DNA from: Sporopachydermia quercuum
Taxonomy: Eukaryota
Length of the DNA: 64,000 nt
NCBI GenBank assembly: GCA_001599295.1
Contig: BCGN01000010.1
Coordinates: 62,001 to 126,000, forward strand
Reading direction: 5' to 3'
Part shown: piece after piece, positions 47,508 to 59,131 of the stretch
Layout of the letters: every line of letters starts with the position of its first letter
How positions within the stretch are numbered: the stretch's first letter is position 1
The notes under the pieces: generated by a model
The model's database searches: none
What the model was told of the DNA's origin: nothing
What the model saw: the letters and a program-made list of their open reading frames with translations, nothing else
Position numbers and translations under genes: made by a program

Positions 47508-49206
47508 GGTGCGGAGCTTACTACCCTAACCAGTTATTTCTAGTGGTCTTCTTGCGCTGTTTCTGTAGATTGTGATACTCCCTTCGATGCGATGAAACTG
47601 AACATGCATATGGATATAGTATTTCAAAACACACTCACTATCCTACATGAACAATTAAAATGTGACTAAACATATGNTGTAATCCATAAAATAATAATAG
47701 TTCAGAATATCTGTCTTTCCAAATTTTAATACTAGTATCAAATTCTTCTTATCAATTCAGGAGTTTTCCTTCAGCTCAAGCGATGTGATAATGGTCAATG
47801 ACCAACTTGTTATGTAAATGTTCATTCACTCTTTTCATCAAAGACTAGTATAATACCATTCATAAAACCTGTAATTCAATAAGCAATGATGAAACCTCCT
47901 AGGTGTATAGATTTAATCTTACCATTACCTCATTATTTTTGCCCTTGTTATTGCTTGTCCTTGTCAGTATGACTGACTAGTATATTCTGAACGGCTAGGC
48001 GGCATAATCTGTAGTGTGCATAAGAATATTAAGCAGCCTTGCGTACTTTGAATGCATAGTGCATGATGAGACGTGAACCTTGCCAAATGTAGGTCTCACG
48101 TAAGAAGCCCTGTGACTCCCTACGACGAGGTTACGAGACCTAGAAACGGAGATATCCAGGTACCAATAATAATGGTTATTCAAATATTCCATTATTCTGA
48201 GGAATTTAACAGCATTTTACATTGATACTTCAGTTCCAATTGTGACAATGTTATATGATCATTGCGTTTTATTTTGTGTTTTTCNAGATGCATATGCCTC
48301 AATGTCCATAGTTGTAGTGCGATGTGAGCGATGGGCAGACGACGTGCGGAGAGGCCACTGTTCAAGGGTGAGGAGCTTCCCTATTAGGAAAAACGATAAG
48401 CTGGCCTTGCTGGAAACCGTTATTGAGATGAAATCAGAATTTAAGCTGGAATTTGATATTTGAATGTGATAAAGAAAAGTTGAAAACAATCTGACGATAG
48501 TGAACGATCTGAAAATTTAGAGTGGAATATTGTTCGAAGAATATTTGAAAAGAAGCAGTTTGGAAGTTGTAACAGAGTTCCTGATTGAATGCGGTTCAAA
48601 GTGAAAAGTTCGAACAGTTATCAAGGTGAAGGTTACAGTCGTAGGCTCCNCTTATTCACTCGTAGCAAAGTTCCAGGACTGCTCCAGATTTGCCTTCTGA
48701 AGGCTTCTTTCTTTGGCATAGCTTTATTGTTGGTTCATATATGTATCGCTACTGAATGCGCTAAATAGACGCAAGAATGGTATTTCCACGGTTCACTAGC
48801 TTCATTAATTTTTTGTTGGCTTCACAGATTAACAATTTGGAACTGTTTCTGATCTGATTCCTGTAGTAATGTGATAGAGTCGCATTTATTTTTTGTTTGT
48901 TGTTTGGTTGTGCTTCAGAAAACAAAGATACAGATTGTATGGCAGCATATATGCTTTAAGTCATTATTTACGTGCTAGTCTATGCTTGAGTATTGGAAAA
49001 AATATGAAGACAGAGGGGATTACTTCTGTATGATAGATAAATTGGGTATCATACAGATTACATATACATTTTGTAGTTGATCACATAATACACAGGCTAC
49101 TGCAATTCCAATAATAAGACACCACCCGTAAATCTAACAGTAATAAATTTTCATTGTTGCTTTATTATTAGTACCAAAACAGCTCGGGAACGCATATAAT
49201 AAANAT

Positions 49207-50694
49207 TTACCAATTGGTGACACCATCAACTTCTGCTTCACCAAATAAACTCTCTTTGGTTGCTACATATGATTGGGCTATATCTTCCAATGGTATTTCA
49301 AGATTCATGATATCAGGTAATTGTTTCCTCAAAAAACTCATGATAGATTCATTAACAGCAGCAAACTCCAACAAAAAAGCATCATGACCCTCCGGTGAAT
49401 CAATTTCTTCTAATTCACCATTGGGCATATAGTAGGCGATTTCTTCTTGTTCGGCAATAGTGAATAATCCATCTGTTCGTATTCCCATGATTAATGATGG
49501 TTGAACCAAAGAGGACAACGCTTCTTCTAAAGAGTCATACCGACCACGAGAAATATCGTGAGTATCAAGCTTTCTAGAAATTGCAATGTAACAATTGGCA
49601 TCAAATCTCTTGACAAACTTCTCACCTTGGTACCGAAGGTAAGATTGAGCAGAAAAGTAAGTCTGATGGTTTTTCTTGATCCTATGAATACCGGTGGCTG
49701 AAGAAACACTACTACTGGAGTTGGTTCTTTCTCTCAAACTCGCAGGTCTTCCACTTTTTTCACCAATCGGAGTACTACTTCTTAGTTCATGTAGTGAGGA
49801 AACCGAAGATAAGGTAGAAAGAGAAATTTTCCTAGCTGTATCATTCTTCAAGCCGTCATTGTGGATCCTCCAATTTTCATCATTTGTAGTATAATCTGGT
49901 GGCGCAATAGTTCTTTGAGGTCCATTAATTGTCTTGTGCTTTGCGGGATCTGGAACTTCTCTGCCGAACCTAGTCTCAAATGAATTTCTTGATCGATATG
50001 TCAATAAAGCAGACATTCTGGCAGCACTTAAACCATTGACTGGAGGGTCATCAAACGAATAATATCCATCCATATACTTGGGATCAGAATAAATGCTTTG
50101 ACGTTGAGCCTCTCCCCAAGATATACACCATGCTGAATGTCTTGCTGATGTCGCAATTGGTATTAAAGTTCTCACGTAATCCTTTCCAAAGAAACCATAC
50201 TCTAAAACAAGCATTCCGCCCATAGATCCTCCAATACAAGCAGCAATTTGCTTTACTCCCAAGTCATCCAAAACAAGTTTATGAATTTGCACATCATCTC
50301 TAACTGATACCAATGGATATTCCGGTCCCCATAATCTTCCAGTTTCTGGGCAATTGGTACATGGTGACATAGAACCATATGGAGATCCTAGAGAATTCAA
50401 ACAGATAACAAAAAATCTTGCAGGATCAAAAGCTTTTCCTGGTCCTAATAATGGACCCCACCAATCTGCTACATCTGCAGATCCTGTAAGGGCATGGCAG
50501 ATGACCATAGCATTCGTTCCTTCGGCATTAAGTTTGCCCCAACTTTTATAAGCAACAGGGACATCTTCCAACTCAATACCTGACTCAAGAGTAAAAGAAG
50601 GTATAATTGCAACTTCTTGGTCGGCAACCAGATTGAAAAAAGGATTTTCTGGTTGCTCCTTCACCCTTTTATAATGAGTAGTCTTCTCTCCCAT
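49207..50694 (-). CDS. MET2: Homoserine O-acetyltransferase
   Basis: CHALTGSADV.DWW, GGSMGG, FDANCY, GHDAFLLE, C-terminal FGEAE...VTNW. First ATG is at 50694. Confidence 0.96.
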   Translation of the reverse strand: MGEKTTHYKRVKEQPENPFFNLVADQEVAIIPSFTLESGIELEDVPVAYKSWGKLNAEGTNAMVICHALTGSADVADWWGPLLGPGKAFDPARFFVICLNSLGSPYGSMSPCTNCPETGRLWGPEYPLVSVRDDVQIHKLVLDDLGVKQIAACIGGSMGGMLVLEYGFFGKDYVRTLIPIATSARHSAWCISWGEAQRQSIYSDPKYMDGYYSFDDPPVNGLSAARMSALLTYRSRNSFETRFGREVPDPAKHKTINGPQRTIAPPDYTTNDENWRIHNDGLKNDTARKISLSTLSSVSSLHELRSSTPIGEKSGRPASLRERTNSSSSVSSATGIHRIKKNHQTYFSAQSYLRYQGEKFVKRFDANCYIAISRKLDTHDISRGRYDSLEEALSSLVQPSLIMGIRTDGLFTIAEQEEIAYYMPNGELEEIDSPEGHDAFLLEFAAVNESIMSFLRKQLPDIMNLEIPLEDIAQSYVATKESLFGEAEVDGVTNW

Positions 50695-51343
50695 TTTGAA
50701 AGGGTGCTTGGAACAATAGAACTTACTTTTTATATCCAATATTGATCTCCGATTTATGGCGATTTGAAATGAGGTGTCAATGGAATGTAGAATATGATTC
50801 TTCAATAAGATCAGACTTCAGTAGTTTTTAAAACCTCACAAACTGGTCTGATACGGATTCAAATGTAAAACAAAATGCTATATGTAGATATACCTTTCGG
50901 TGTAGTTGTACATACTAATTAGTTAAGAATCAATAGTTCATAACACACTATACTTGTAGTATATGTAATTGAAACCGCAGACTTTATTCTATTATAATAA
51001 TAATAGCTAGAAGCCTTTATTGACTAGGTTAATGAAAATAATGTAAGACAATATAATGCGTTGTGTTGCTGTTGTGATAGATTTATTACTATTGGGATAG
51101 CACTGAATTAAACGTGAACCGATCAAGTTTGAGGGCAAATTCGTTGCTTGTATACTGAATATAGACGTTTTATGCAATAATACACCCCTTCAGATCAAAT
51201 ATTTCTTTATATATTTTCTTTCAAAAGATTTGATTCCTCTCACTTTTATGAACACATCTCATTGTCAGTCGATCAAGAAGAAAAACCTGTAAATTTCCAG
51301 CATGAGAAGTTTTCTACAATGGGCTAACTTTAAATTGTTGATA

Positions 51344-51571
51344 ATGAGTCATTTACTGATTACGTGATTAGATCAGAGATAAGAAATGCAGAAAAATAAG
51401 AAAAGTAGGAACCGTTGAACTGAATTTGATAATTACTGGGGTTAAACATAGATACCAGAATTCAAACATCATTATATCTATTATCTTGTTCCCTNTATCT
51501 TCCGTTTCAATCTCTACTCTCACAAGTCTGTTCCTGTCAAATCAACGATTCTCACTCTATTTTTCACGTGA
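51344..51571. promoter_or_regulatory. MET2 upstream sites: Gcn4-type ATGAGTCAT (51344-51352), TTACGTGA (~51360) and Cbf1-type TCACGTGA (51564-51571)
   Basis: Consensus motifs upstream of a methionine biosynthesis gene. Confidence 0.65.
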
Positions 51572-52218
51572 AATGAAGAATCAATTGAAGATAAATTACA
51601 TGCACAATATGCATTATTCTGCATGATTTCAAGATAGAGTTTGGGGTATAGTGATCGCATGTGTGTAAAAGTTATATCTATAAGTAAGAAATTGTATATG
51701 GAGGAAACCAGCAAATAGAAGAAAAAATATCAAGATGACTAGGGTAAAAGAATTACCAAAATGAGTATCATTTTTAAATAACAGAAAATTAACACAGGAG
51801 ATCGATCACATTGATATACTTCATATCTCATTATGTAGCTCATATCATTTCCGAACTATAATAATCAATCACCAATTGCCAATGCTAAAACACTATCTCC
51901 TCCGTTATACATCTGGTCTCTTCACATGCTAATCCATCTGAACACTATCCATTACAAGAACCGAAGAAGTATAACTAACTGTTCAATAAAAAGGGTGATG
52001 ATGATGATTCTTTTCTAGGTTAGAAGAGTACAAATGAGTATTCGGATAACAATGGTTTTTCTGTTTGAACGGCTAATTTTGTTGAGATAAAAAATTGAGA
52101 TTTCCCTGATATTTGTTCCAACATTCACTTATTCATCATTGAAATCATTATATCCCCGAAAGAGCTCACATTCATCATCGTACTCTGCGTTGCTGCTGTT
52201 ACCTCCAGTTTTCATTAA

Positions 52219-53454
52219 ATGACGAAACAGCAATCCCCATCCACTGGAACTGTAAAAGTTTCTCTGCTGGAAAGTACTGATGAATCTACCAATTTTCTAA
52301 AAAACTTGCAGAAATTCCCTTTCTACAGACAGCTTGATTTGATCATACCAGAAGATCAGTTTACNAACTTCAAGGATCAAGTACCACCTTATTATTCTTA
52401 TCGCTTTTGCTCACCATTAGTAAATTTCCTAGATCCACTATTTGTCTCAACTTATATCCAGCAAAGTATGTCTGTTTTACTTCAGCTATCCAGTTTACTA
52501 ATATCATTCTAGTTTAATACTAACTGTTGACCAGATGATTTCACTCTCATATCAGAAACTCATATTGACGAAGGAGACACATTCTCAATAACGGATGGTG
52601 TTCTTTTCATGTTTTTAACTCAAAACACATATCAAAGATGTGGCCTCCAAGGAAGAAAAACAAACTTGAATCCTCAATACAGCGGGAAGAATAAACTTGA
52701 CCGCTACGTTATACAGTACAACCTTCTAAATCCTCAAGCAGTTCCTGGTAATAAGGCTCATGACAGGTTACTATGGTCTTTGCAGAATCAAATGAATTTT
52801 CCTGTATGGTTTAGGTTTAGTATTAATGATAAGTTGAGAACGAAACAGACAGAGCTGTCTCCAGAAATAGAATCGCGATTATTCGCTAAAGTGCATCCGT
52901 CCGCCAGAATGAAATTAGAGCTGGAAGTTGAAACAATCTTCTTAAAAAACATAATTACACCAGACTTTCAAACATTTGTATTCGATGTCGATAATAAAGA
53001 TTCACCAACTGTAAAGGCTGTTAAATCTGAATCTTGGTGCTGGGATTTACTTGAATGGATTGGTATGGCTTCTTTGAAAAGTGACAGATTGATAGAATTG
53101 AAGCCTGTTGACTATCATTTGTCTAGATATGCACTTCCTGACGAACTACAAGGAAGTAGAACTAATAGTACTGATTGCATGAAAACAGAACAAAGGTCAG
53201 GCTGTGTTAAGATTTCATGGTCTGGTTTTATACCGGTTGCATTACTTACTAAGATATTTCAATTGGTAAATGGAGTGGCAGAGGAAGAATGGTACTCTTT
53301 GACTGCAAATGTGATTGCTGATGCGCCTCTAATGTTTAATTTGAAAAATGAACGAAGGTATAGAAGCTCTGAGCCGTTTTTCACTATGGTGAAGCTGAGG
53401 AATAATGATAGGCTTTCTCATAGTAGTTCTCTATTAGTATATGAAATGAATTAG
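52219..53454 (+). CDS. RNase P/MRP 40-kDa subunit (Rpp40)-like protein; exons 52219-52465 and 52535-53454
   Basis: Intron 52466-52534 joins the two ORFs in frame. Motifs FL..YI, FSITDGVLFMFLTQNTYQRCGLQG, DLLEWIGM..L.SDR, D.HLSRY and WSGFIP resemble the Ribonuc_P_40 family. Confidence 0.75.
52466..52534 (+). other. Intron in the RPP40-like gene (69 nt)
   Basis: GTATGT...TACTAAC...CAG; phase 1, restores the frame. Confidence 0.9.
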
Positions 53455-53480
53455 TCCTAATAGTTTAACAATATTCATGA

Positions 53481-53510
53481 ATATATCCTAAAGCAATATA
53501 TCCTAAAGCA
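53481..53510. repeat. 15-bp perfect tandem duplication (ATATATCCTAAAGCA)x2
   Basis: Direct repeat just 3' of the RPP40-like stop. Confidence 0.9.
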
Positions 53511-54071
53511 TTTATATTACATAAATGAATTCTGCATGGCTATTTACTTGATATATTGCCGGGACCTATGAAACAATATGTTAAAGCAAGCAGTAAAATT
53601 CAACTCGTCTAAGCCCTTCAGTTAGTGAATTATACATCGTTCACATGGTTCATTATTTCTCAATTATTATATGTGATTATTATCTAACAATTTCTACTAT
53701 TATTCCTATATTAACTACTTACATTAACCATAATTCACTATATCTACCACTACTTCAATTGTTATATCCTCTACTCTACTTCCAACAATTGTTTCCTACA
53801 TTACAGTTTAAGACCCACTAACGAGAACAGATTCCTATATCAAATGTATATCAATAAATATATCAAAATCAATTTATATACTATATGCCCATACACATCC
53901 TTTTCTGCATTCAAAGCAGATATTATCATCACAACTAACTAACTACACACATTAAAGGACTCCGTTTCCTTTATCCCATCAAGCTCCCATAGGTTTTCAC
54001 TCGTTCATTATGGAACTTTCTTCATTAATATCTTCCTTTTTTATCCTTAAAAATTCCATACATCTTCTTTA

Positions 54072-56408
54072 TTATAACTTTCTCAAATCAGTGTCTTCTT
54101 TCACCATTTCTTCCTCTTCTGCTTCTAACTCCTGTTGGATTTCATCCCACAGCTCATCGGACTCTGCTTCAGGTTTAGGCAGTGCATCATTTAATTCACT
54201 ACTTGGTTCCCCTTCTGTTGATTCTTTTAATAGTTTCCTCAATTCACTATACCTATTACTAAATAATGTATTGAATCTTCCCCATTCAATCACCTTACCT
54301 TCTGGACCCAATACAATAATATAGTCAGCTCGTTTAATTGTGGAAAGTCTATGAGCAATAGAAATAGTAGTACAGTTTTCACTCATTAGAGCTAGTAATG
54401 CTTGGTTCACAGCTGCCTCAGACTCAGAATCCAATGCTGATGTTGCTTCATCTAGAAACAACACATCAGGTTTTTTGATTAAAGCTCTGGCAATAGCTAT
54501 TCTTTGCTTCTGACCTCCACTTAATTGAGCCCCTCTTGGGCCAATGGTTGTTTCGAACCTGTCAGGGAAATCATAGATAAAAGAACAGTTGGCTTTGCGT
54601 GCAGCTTCTTCTATTTCTTCCATACTAGCTTTAGGGCAACTATAGGCAATATTCTCTGCAACGGTACCAGAGAAGAGAACAGGTTCCTGTTGGACGACTC
54701 CCATTCTTTGTCTTAGAGATTTAACTGAATATTCATTGATGTTAACATCATTGATTAAAATCTCACCTTTAGTTAGGTCATAAAATCTTAATAATAATGA
54801 AGTGATTGTAGATTTACCACCTCCCGATGGGCCAACTATACAAACGTTTGATCCAGCAGGAATAATGAAATTGAGACCGTTAAATATCTTCACTTTAGGT
54901 CTTGTTGGATAATGGAAATGCACATCACGGAACTCAATGGTTCCCCTTGCTGACACCATTTTCTTACCAGTAGTCAAAGGAATCGAAGATTGACGATCAA
55001 CGAGCTCAAACAATCTACTAGCAGCACCAGCACCTTTCATCAACTCTGAATAAAAACCAGATAATCCAAACATTGATGATCCTGTATAAGCAGCATACAT
55101 CATAAATGATGTCAGCTCACCAACTGTGATAGTGCCTCCTGATACTTTGTTGATACCAATAGCTAATAACGAAAGTAAACTAATGTTGCCTATAAAACCA
55201 GTAGTTCCAAAGAACACACCGGAAGTATAAGCTTCTCGTTTACCAATTTGAAAAACCTGTCGAATTTTATCGTTATATTTATGTACTTCAGCGATTTCAC
55301 CATTAAAACTCTGGACTGTTTTAACAGCACTTAATTGCTCTTCAGTCACTTTCGTTAAAGTACCAACGGATTCTTGTAAATCTCTAGATATCTGACGAAT
55401 TCGTTTACCATAAGTAAAAGCACCTAATGCTAATGGTGGGGCTATTACCAGCATAATAGTAGTTAATTGTAATGATACATAACTCATCATGCTAATACCT
55501 ACAACACCAGCAACAATAGCCCTCAAGCCATCGCTGACATTCTGAGTAACGGATCTTGAGACAATATTAGCATCAGTAGAAAGTCTTGAAATAATATCCC
55601 CGACTCTGTTAGCATCGAAAAATTCAGCATCTTGGGACACTGTTTTCTTAAACATATAAGAACGTAACCTTGATACTAATCGTTCACCAATCAATCGAAG
55701 CATGACAACACGACCAAAATTTGCTAATCCTCCAAGGAAGAACCAACCAGCAAGTAATCCAAAGAATGTGTATAAAGGAATACCATAGATTTGCTTCTGG
55801 GCTTCATCTGCAACAGTTGCAACATCAAGTAGTCTTCCAATGGATAATGGTAGAGACATAGAAACGGCTGATGATATACATAGTAATACGAATGCAATAA
55901 ACATAGGTTTGGTTTCTCGTTTAGCTAAAGAGAACAATCGAAGAATATCACCAAAACCAAATCTATTCTTCTGGGATTCTCGTTCGCTGAGTTTTGCCTT
56001 TGATTCAGGTTCAGGTGAAACTTCTGATGGCTCTGAACTAGTATTTAACACGGTATTAGTAGATTCATGTTCCTTGGTGTTATATGACTTGATCTCAATA
56101 GGAGAGTAATTATTGTTGTTTTTGCGTGAATCATTATTAACTGAATACTTTCTGACTTTTGACAAAATACTGCCTCTAAGAACAGTTTTTGATAATATCT
56201 TGGTTGCTTGATATCCGGGAACGTCAACATTTTTAGGCAGTAAGGTCCCTGACCTGTTTGAATGTTGAGTGCCTGGTAGAGTAGAATTGCTGAATAACCG
56301 AAACTGCTTCAACAAATGACATTCAGTTGGTTCTCCGTTCACAGGTATCGAGATGCCATAACGAAAGGATCCTAAACGACATTTACCCGCTATCCTGATA
56401 AACGTCAT
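54072..56408 (-). CDS. MDL1: Mitochondrial half-size ABC transporter (Mdl1/Mdl2, ABCB10-like)
   Basis: Presequence, TM domain (GERLVSRLR, ELMKGAGAASRLFEL), Walker A GPSGGGKST, LSGGQKQRIAIARA, LDEATSALD. MDL1 versus MDL2 is not resolved. Confidence 0.88.
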   Translation of the reverse strand: MTFIRIAGKCRLGSFRYGISIPVNGEPTECHLLKQFRLFSNSTLPGTQHSNRSGTLLPKNVDVPGYQATKILSKTVLRGSILSKVRKYSVNNDSRKNNNNYSPIEIKSYNTKEHESTNTVLNTSSEPSEVSPEPESKAKLSERESQKNRFGFGDILRLFSLAKRETKPMFIAFVLLCISSAVSMSLPLSIGRLLDVATVADEAQKQIYGIPLYTFFGLLAGWFFLGGLANFGRVVMLRLIGERLVSRLRSYMFKKTVSQDAEFFDANRVGDIISRLSTDANIVSRSVTQNVSDGLRAIVAGVVGISMMSYVSLQLTTIMLVIAPPLALGAFTYGKRIRQISRDLQESVGTLTKVTEEQLSAVKTVQSFNGEIAEVHKYNDKIRQVFQIGKREAYTSGVFFGTTGFIGNISLLSLLAIGINKVSGGTITVGELTSFMMYAAYTGSSMFGLSGFYSELMKGAGAASRLFELVDRQSSIPLTTGKKMVSARGTIEFRDVHFHYPTRPKVKIFNGLNFIIPAGSNVCIVGPSGGGKSTITSLLLRFYDLTKGEILINDVNINEYSVKSLRQRMGVVQQEPVLFSGTVAENIAYSCPKASMEEIEEAARKANCSFIYDFPDRFETTIGPRGAQLSGGQKQRIAIARALIKKPDVLFLDEATSALDSESEAAVNQALLALMSENCTTISIAHRLSTIKRADYIIVLGPEGKVIEWGRFNTLFSNRYSELRKLLKESTEGEPSSELNDALPKPEAESDELWDEIQQELEAEEEEMVKEDTDLRKL

Positions 56409-57979
56409 TTCGATATGGCTTACTTAGCCTTTAGTTTAAAGCTTGCTATACTTTTCAGTCCTTGAAAATAATAAAATCAACACTATTATAAAAGTATTAA
56501 ATTGATAGAATATTCAGTTAGATACTAATTTTCACTTTGTTTATTATCGGATTTCAATATCTCCAACCTGTTNTGTTGTCCTATAGTGCTTGCTCCTTAT
56601 TATGATAGACCTGTCGTGGAATGCAATCACCATACCATATGACGAGTCTTGTATACTTATGTGATGAAAACAGAACGGGTTTACTTTTCGGCTGTGTCAC
56701 CAATACTTAAAACGTTACTGTCTTCCTATCCAAAAGTCTTGTGAAGAGGAACACTGTCGGTGTAGCCAACATATATTAATCCTTCTCTTTGCTTCATATA
56801 CAGGCAATGTCAATCTTCGGTCACAATTGCAATCGCAATCCTTAGCAATAACGTATATGCTTGTTATATTAACTACTTAAATAACAACGCAGTACTGCTG
56901 ATTCGTCCATTGATTTTTCGCTTCGTGGTGTAAAAATATTTAACATTAATCAAGAAATAAACACTATAATACTAAACAACACATATCATTTGCATCCCAG
57001 TCGATTATAATATGATGATTTGATAGGTACAAATTACGAATAGTGAAAACTATGTTCCTTATCCTCGCGACGTTGGACAAAAGTTTCATTGGACTTTCGA
57101 ACGGGATAAAATTCCGTGTCCCGGCACACGGATGATAAGTAAGTTTACAGGGTGCTGCTGGGTGAGGATTTTGGACAGAGTTTGAAACTGGGATGAGGTA
57201 CATGTAGAGAGCAGAAAGAGATTTTATATTAAGTACGAAAAGAAAAAGGGTAATAATAACAGTCTATGAGGTATGATGGTACAAGTTATTTATATTCTAT
57301 ATTTATTTATGTATTCAAAGTTGGGAGTGAAGAGGGCTTTATGAAATTAATTATCTATATCAGTGAAGGTATCCAGGGAAGCAGACTGTAGACTCAGATG
57401 TGATGTATTGTTGTAATGAGGTACAAAGCAGGGCTATGTGTCTAAATGACACTTACGAAGAGAAGGTTGAGAAAGTTGAGTTCATAAATTTGTATTCTAT
57501 GTAATCATAATAATTAAATGTTCTAGGAAAATAAAATGTTATAGGCATGTAAATTATACAAAAAAGATCAGTAAGTGCAGTGAAACATTTATGTTGATTG
57601 AATTTCTCGTTTCATCATTAAGTCGTAATTCAAGGCTTTGTAGGCATAGAAGAACGTGTTCCGATCAAGCCGGATTGCTGTATTATACTTGAGACTGTTA
57701 TTTACGCCATGTGGTACATTTCAAAATTGATGAATATTGATGAACGAACTAGAATGTACACTTTCGTTAACTCATTCAATCATTCTTCAATTTACTTTCG
57801 AGTTATAGCATTCATATGTTCAATTGTATTGTGCATTGTAATTCGCTTTCATTAGAGAAACGAAACTAAATGGCTTATGCTGTGAAGAGAAGAAAGCCGC
57901 AGATAGCTAGAAGAATGGTCAAACAGAGCTTCCCGTATCATGCAGATAATTCTTATAAATTTCATTCCTTTCTTTTTGG

Positions 57980-59131
57980 TTATTTTTTGTTGACATGACG
58001 ACCTAATCTTTCCAGTTCATCATCCCGTAGGAAATAGGCAGGTTTGAACCCGTCAGAATCGTTCTGGGATGGTTCTCCATTCTTTGACAACATGGGGTTT
58101 CTTATGGTATTATTCGTGCTACCAAGTGATGTATATCCTAGATCGTACAAAGAGCAGTACTCAGTTTTAGTCCGCAAAAGAAACTCCCATATTTCGTTGT
58201 ACTTCCAATCAATTATGGGGTGTACACGCATAAAATCAGGCCAGCCGTGATCAGTCTTTTGAAAGAATGTGAGATTCTCGCCATAAGGGTCTGTACGTCG
58301 AATTCCAACTAATATAGCTTTGATAACGCACACCGATGAAACTGACGATGGAGATCCTGTAGACGATGATAAAGGAGTTGATGGCTCTGAATAATATTGT
58401 GTAGACTTCAGATGAATGTACTTATCAAAAGCAGTTTTCATAGGTGAAGGCAGTTTGATCAAATCTAGTTGATACTTTTCTTCGCACTTTTTAGTGAATA
58501 CTTCAGCCTCTTCAAATACATTCTCAGAGTAAACATAAACAGAATTTAGTTTATGAGGGAATTCTTCGAATTCCCATGAGTTGATTATGCTGTGATTTAA
58601 TAAAGCACATAAGTATAGTATAAGCATCACGAGACAGTCCTTACCGCCATTAAATGACATTGAGATTTCATTTAAAGTATATGTGCTCAAGGCTTCATCT
58701 ATCACTCCTAAAGAAACCAAAACAGCTTCTTTGGTCTGATTAAGTAAAACCTGTGAGTTATAAGGATATGCTGCTTCTGGATCATTATCTGGGTCTTCGA
58801 TCTCATAATTCAGAAACTTATGTATGGCGTCTAACGCTTCTGAACATACTAAAAACAACTTGTTCGACTGTATATATTTCTTAGGTATTAAATTTCGATA
58901 ATTAGAGTAGAAAGTGTTGAAGTTTGAAACATTTTTGTAGATGTTAATTGCTGAACCATGTTCTTCCTGTTCTAATTTGCCTTCCTTTTCTCTTTTCCTA
59001 TCTCCATCTTCTTCAATGCAGTTTTCTATATGACTAGTCATAATTTTATCATCTAATCTAAAGTCCACATCCTTCTGCAAACTGTCATCCAATAATCCCT
59101 TACTAAATGGAATTGGCAAAACTGGCATCAT
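57980..59131 (-). CDS. FAD1: FAD synthetase (PAPS-reductase fold)
   Basis: SFNGGKDCLV, GIRRTDP, WPDFMRVHPIIDW, YCSLYDLGYTSLG, ERLGR. Confidence 0.95.
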   Translation of the reverse strand: MMPVLPIPFSKGLLDDSLQKDVDFRLDDKIMTSHIENCIEEDGDRKREKEGKLEQEEHGSAINIYKNVSNFNTFYSNYRNLIPKKYIQSNKLFLVCSEALDAIHKFLNYEIEDPDNDPEAAYPYNSQVLLNQTKEAVLVSLGVIDEALSTYTLNEISMSFNGGKDCLVMLILYLCALLNHSIINSWEFEEFPHKLNSVYVYSENVFEEAEVFTKKCEEKYQLDLIKLPSPMKTAFDKYIHLKSTQYYSEPSTPLSSSTGSPSSVSSVCVIKAILVGIRRTDPYGENLTFFQKTDHGWPDFMRVHPIIDWKYNEIWEFLLRTKTEYCSLYDLGYTSLGSTNNTIRNPMLSKNGEPSQNDSDGFKPAYFLRDDELERLGRHVNKK

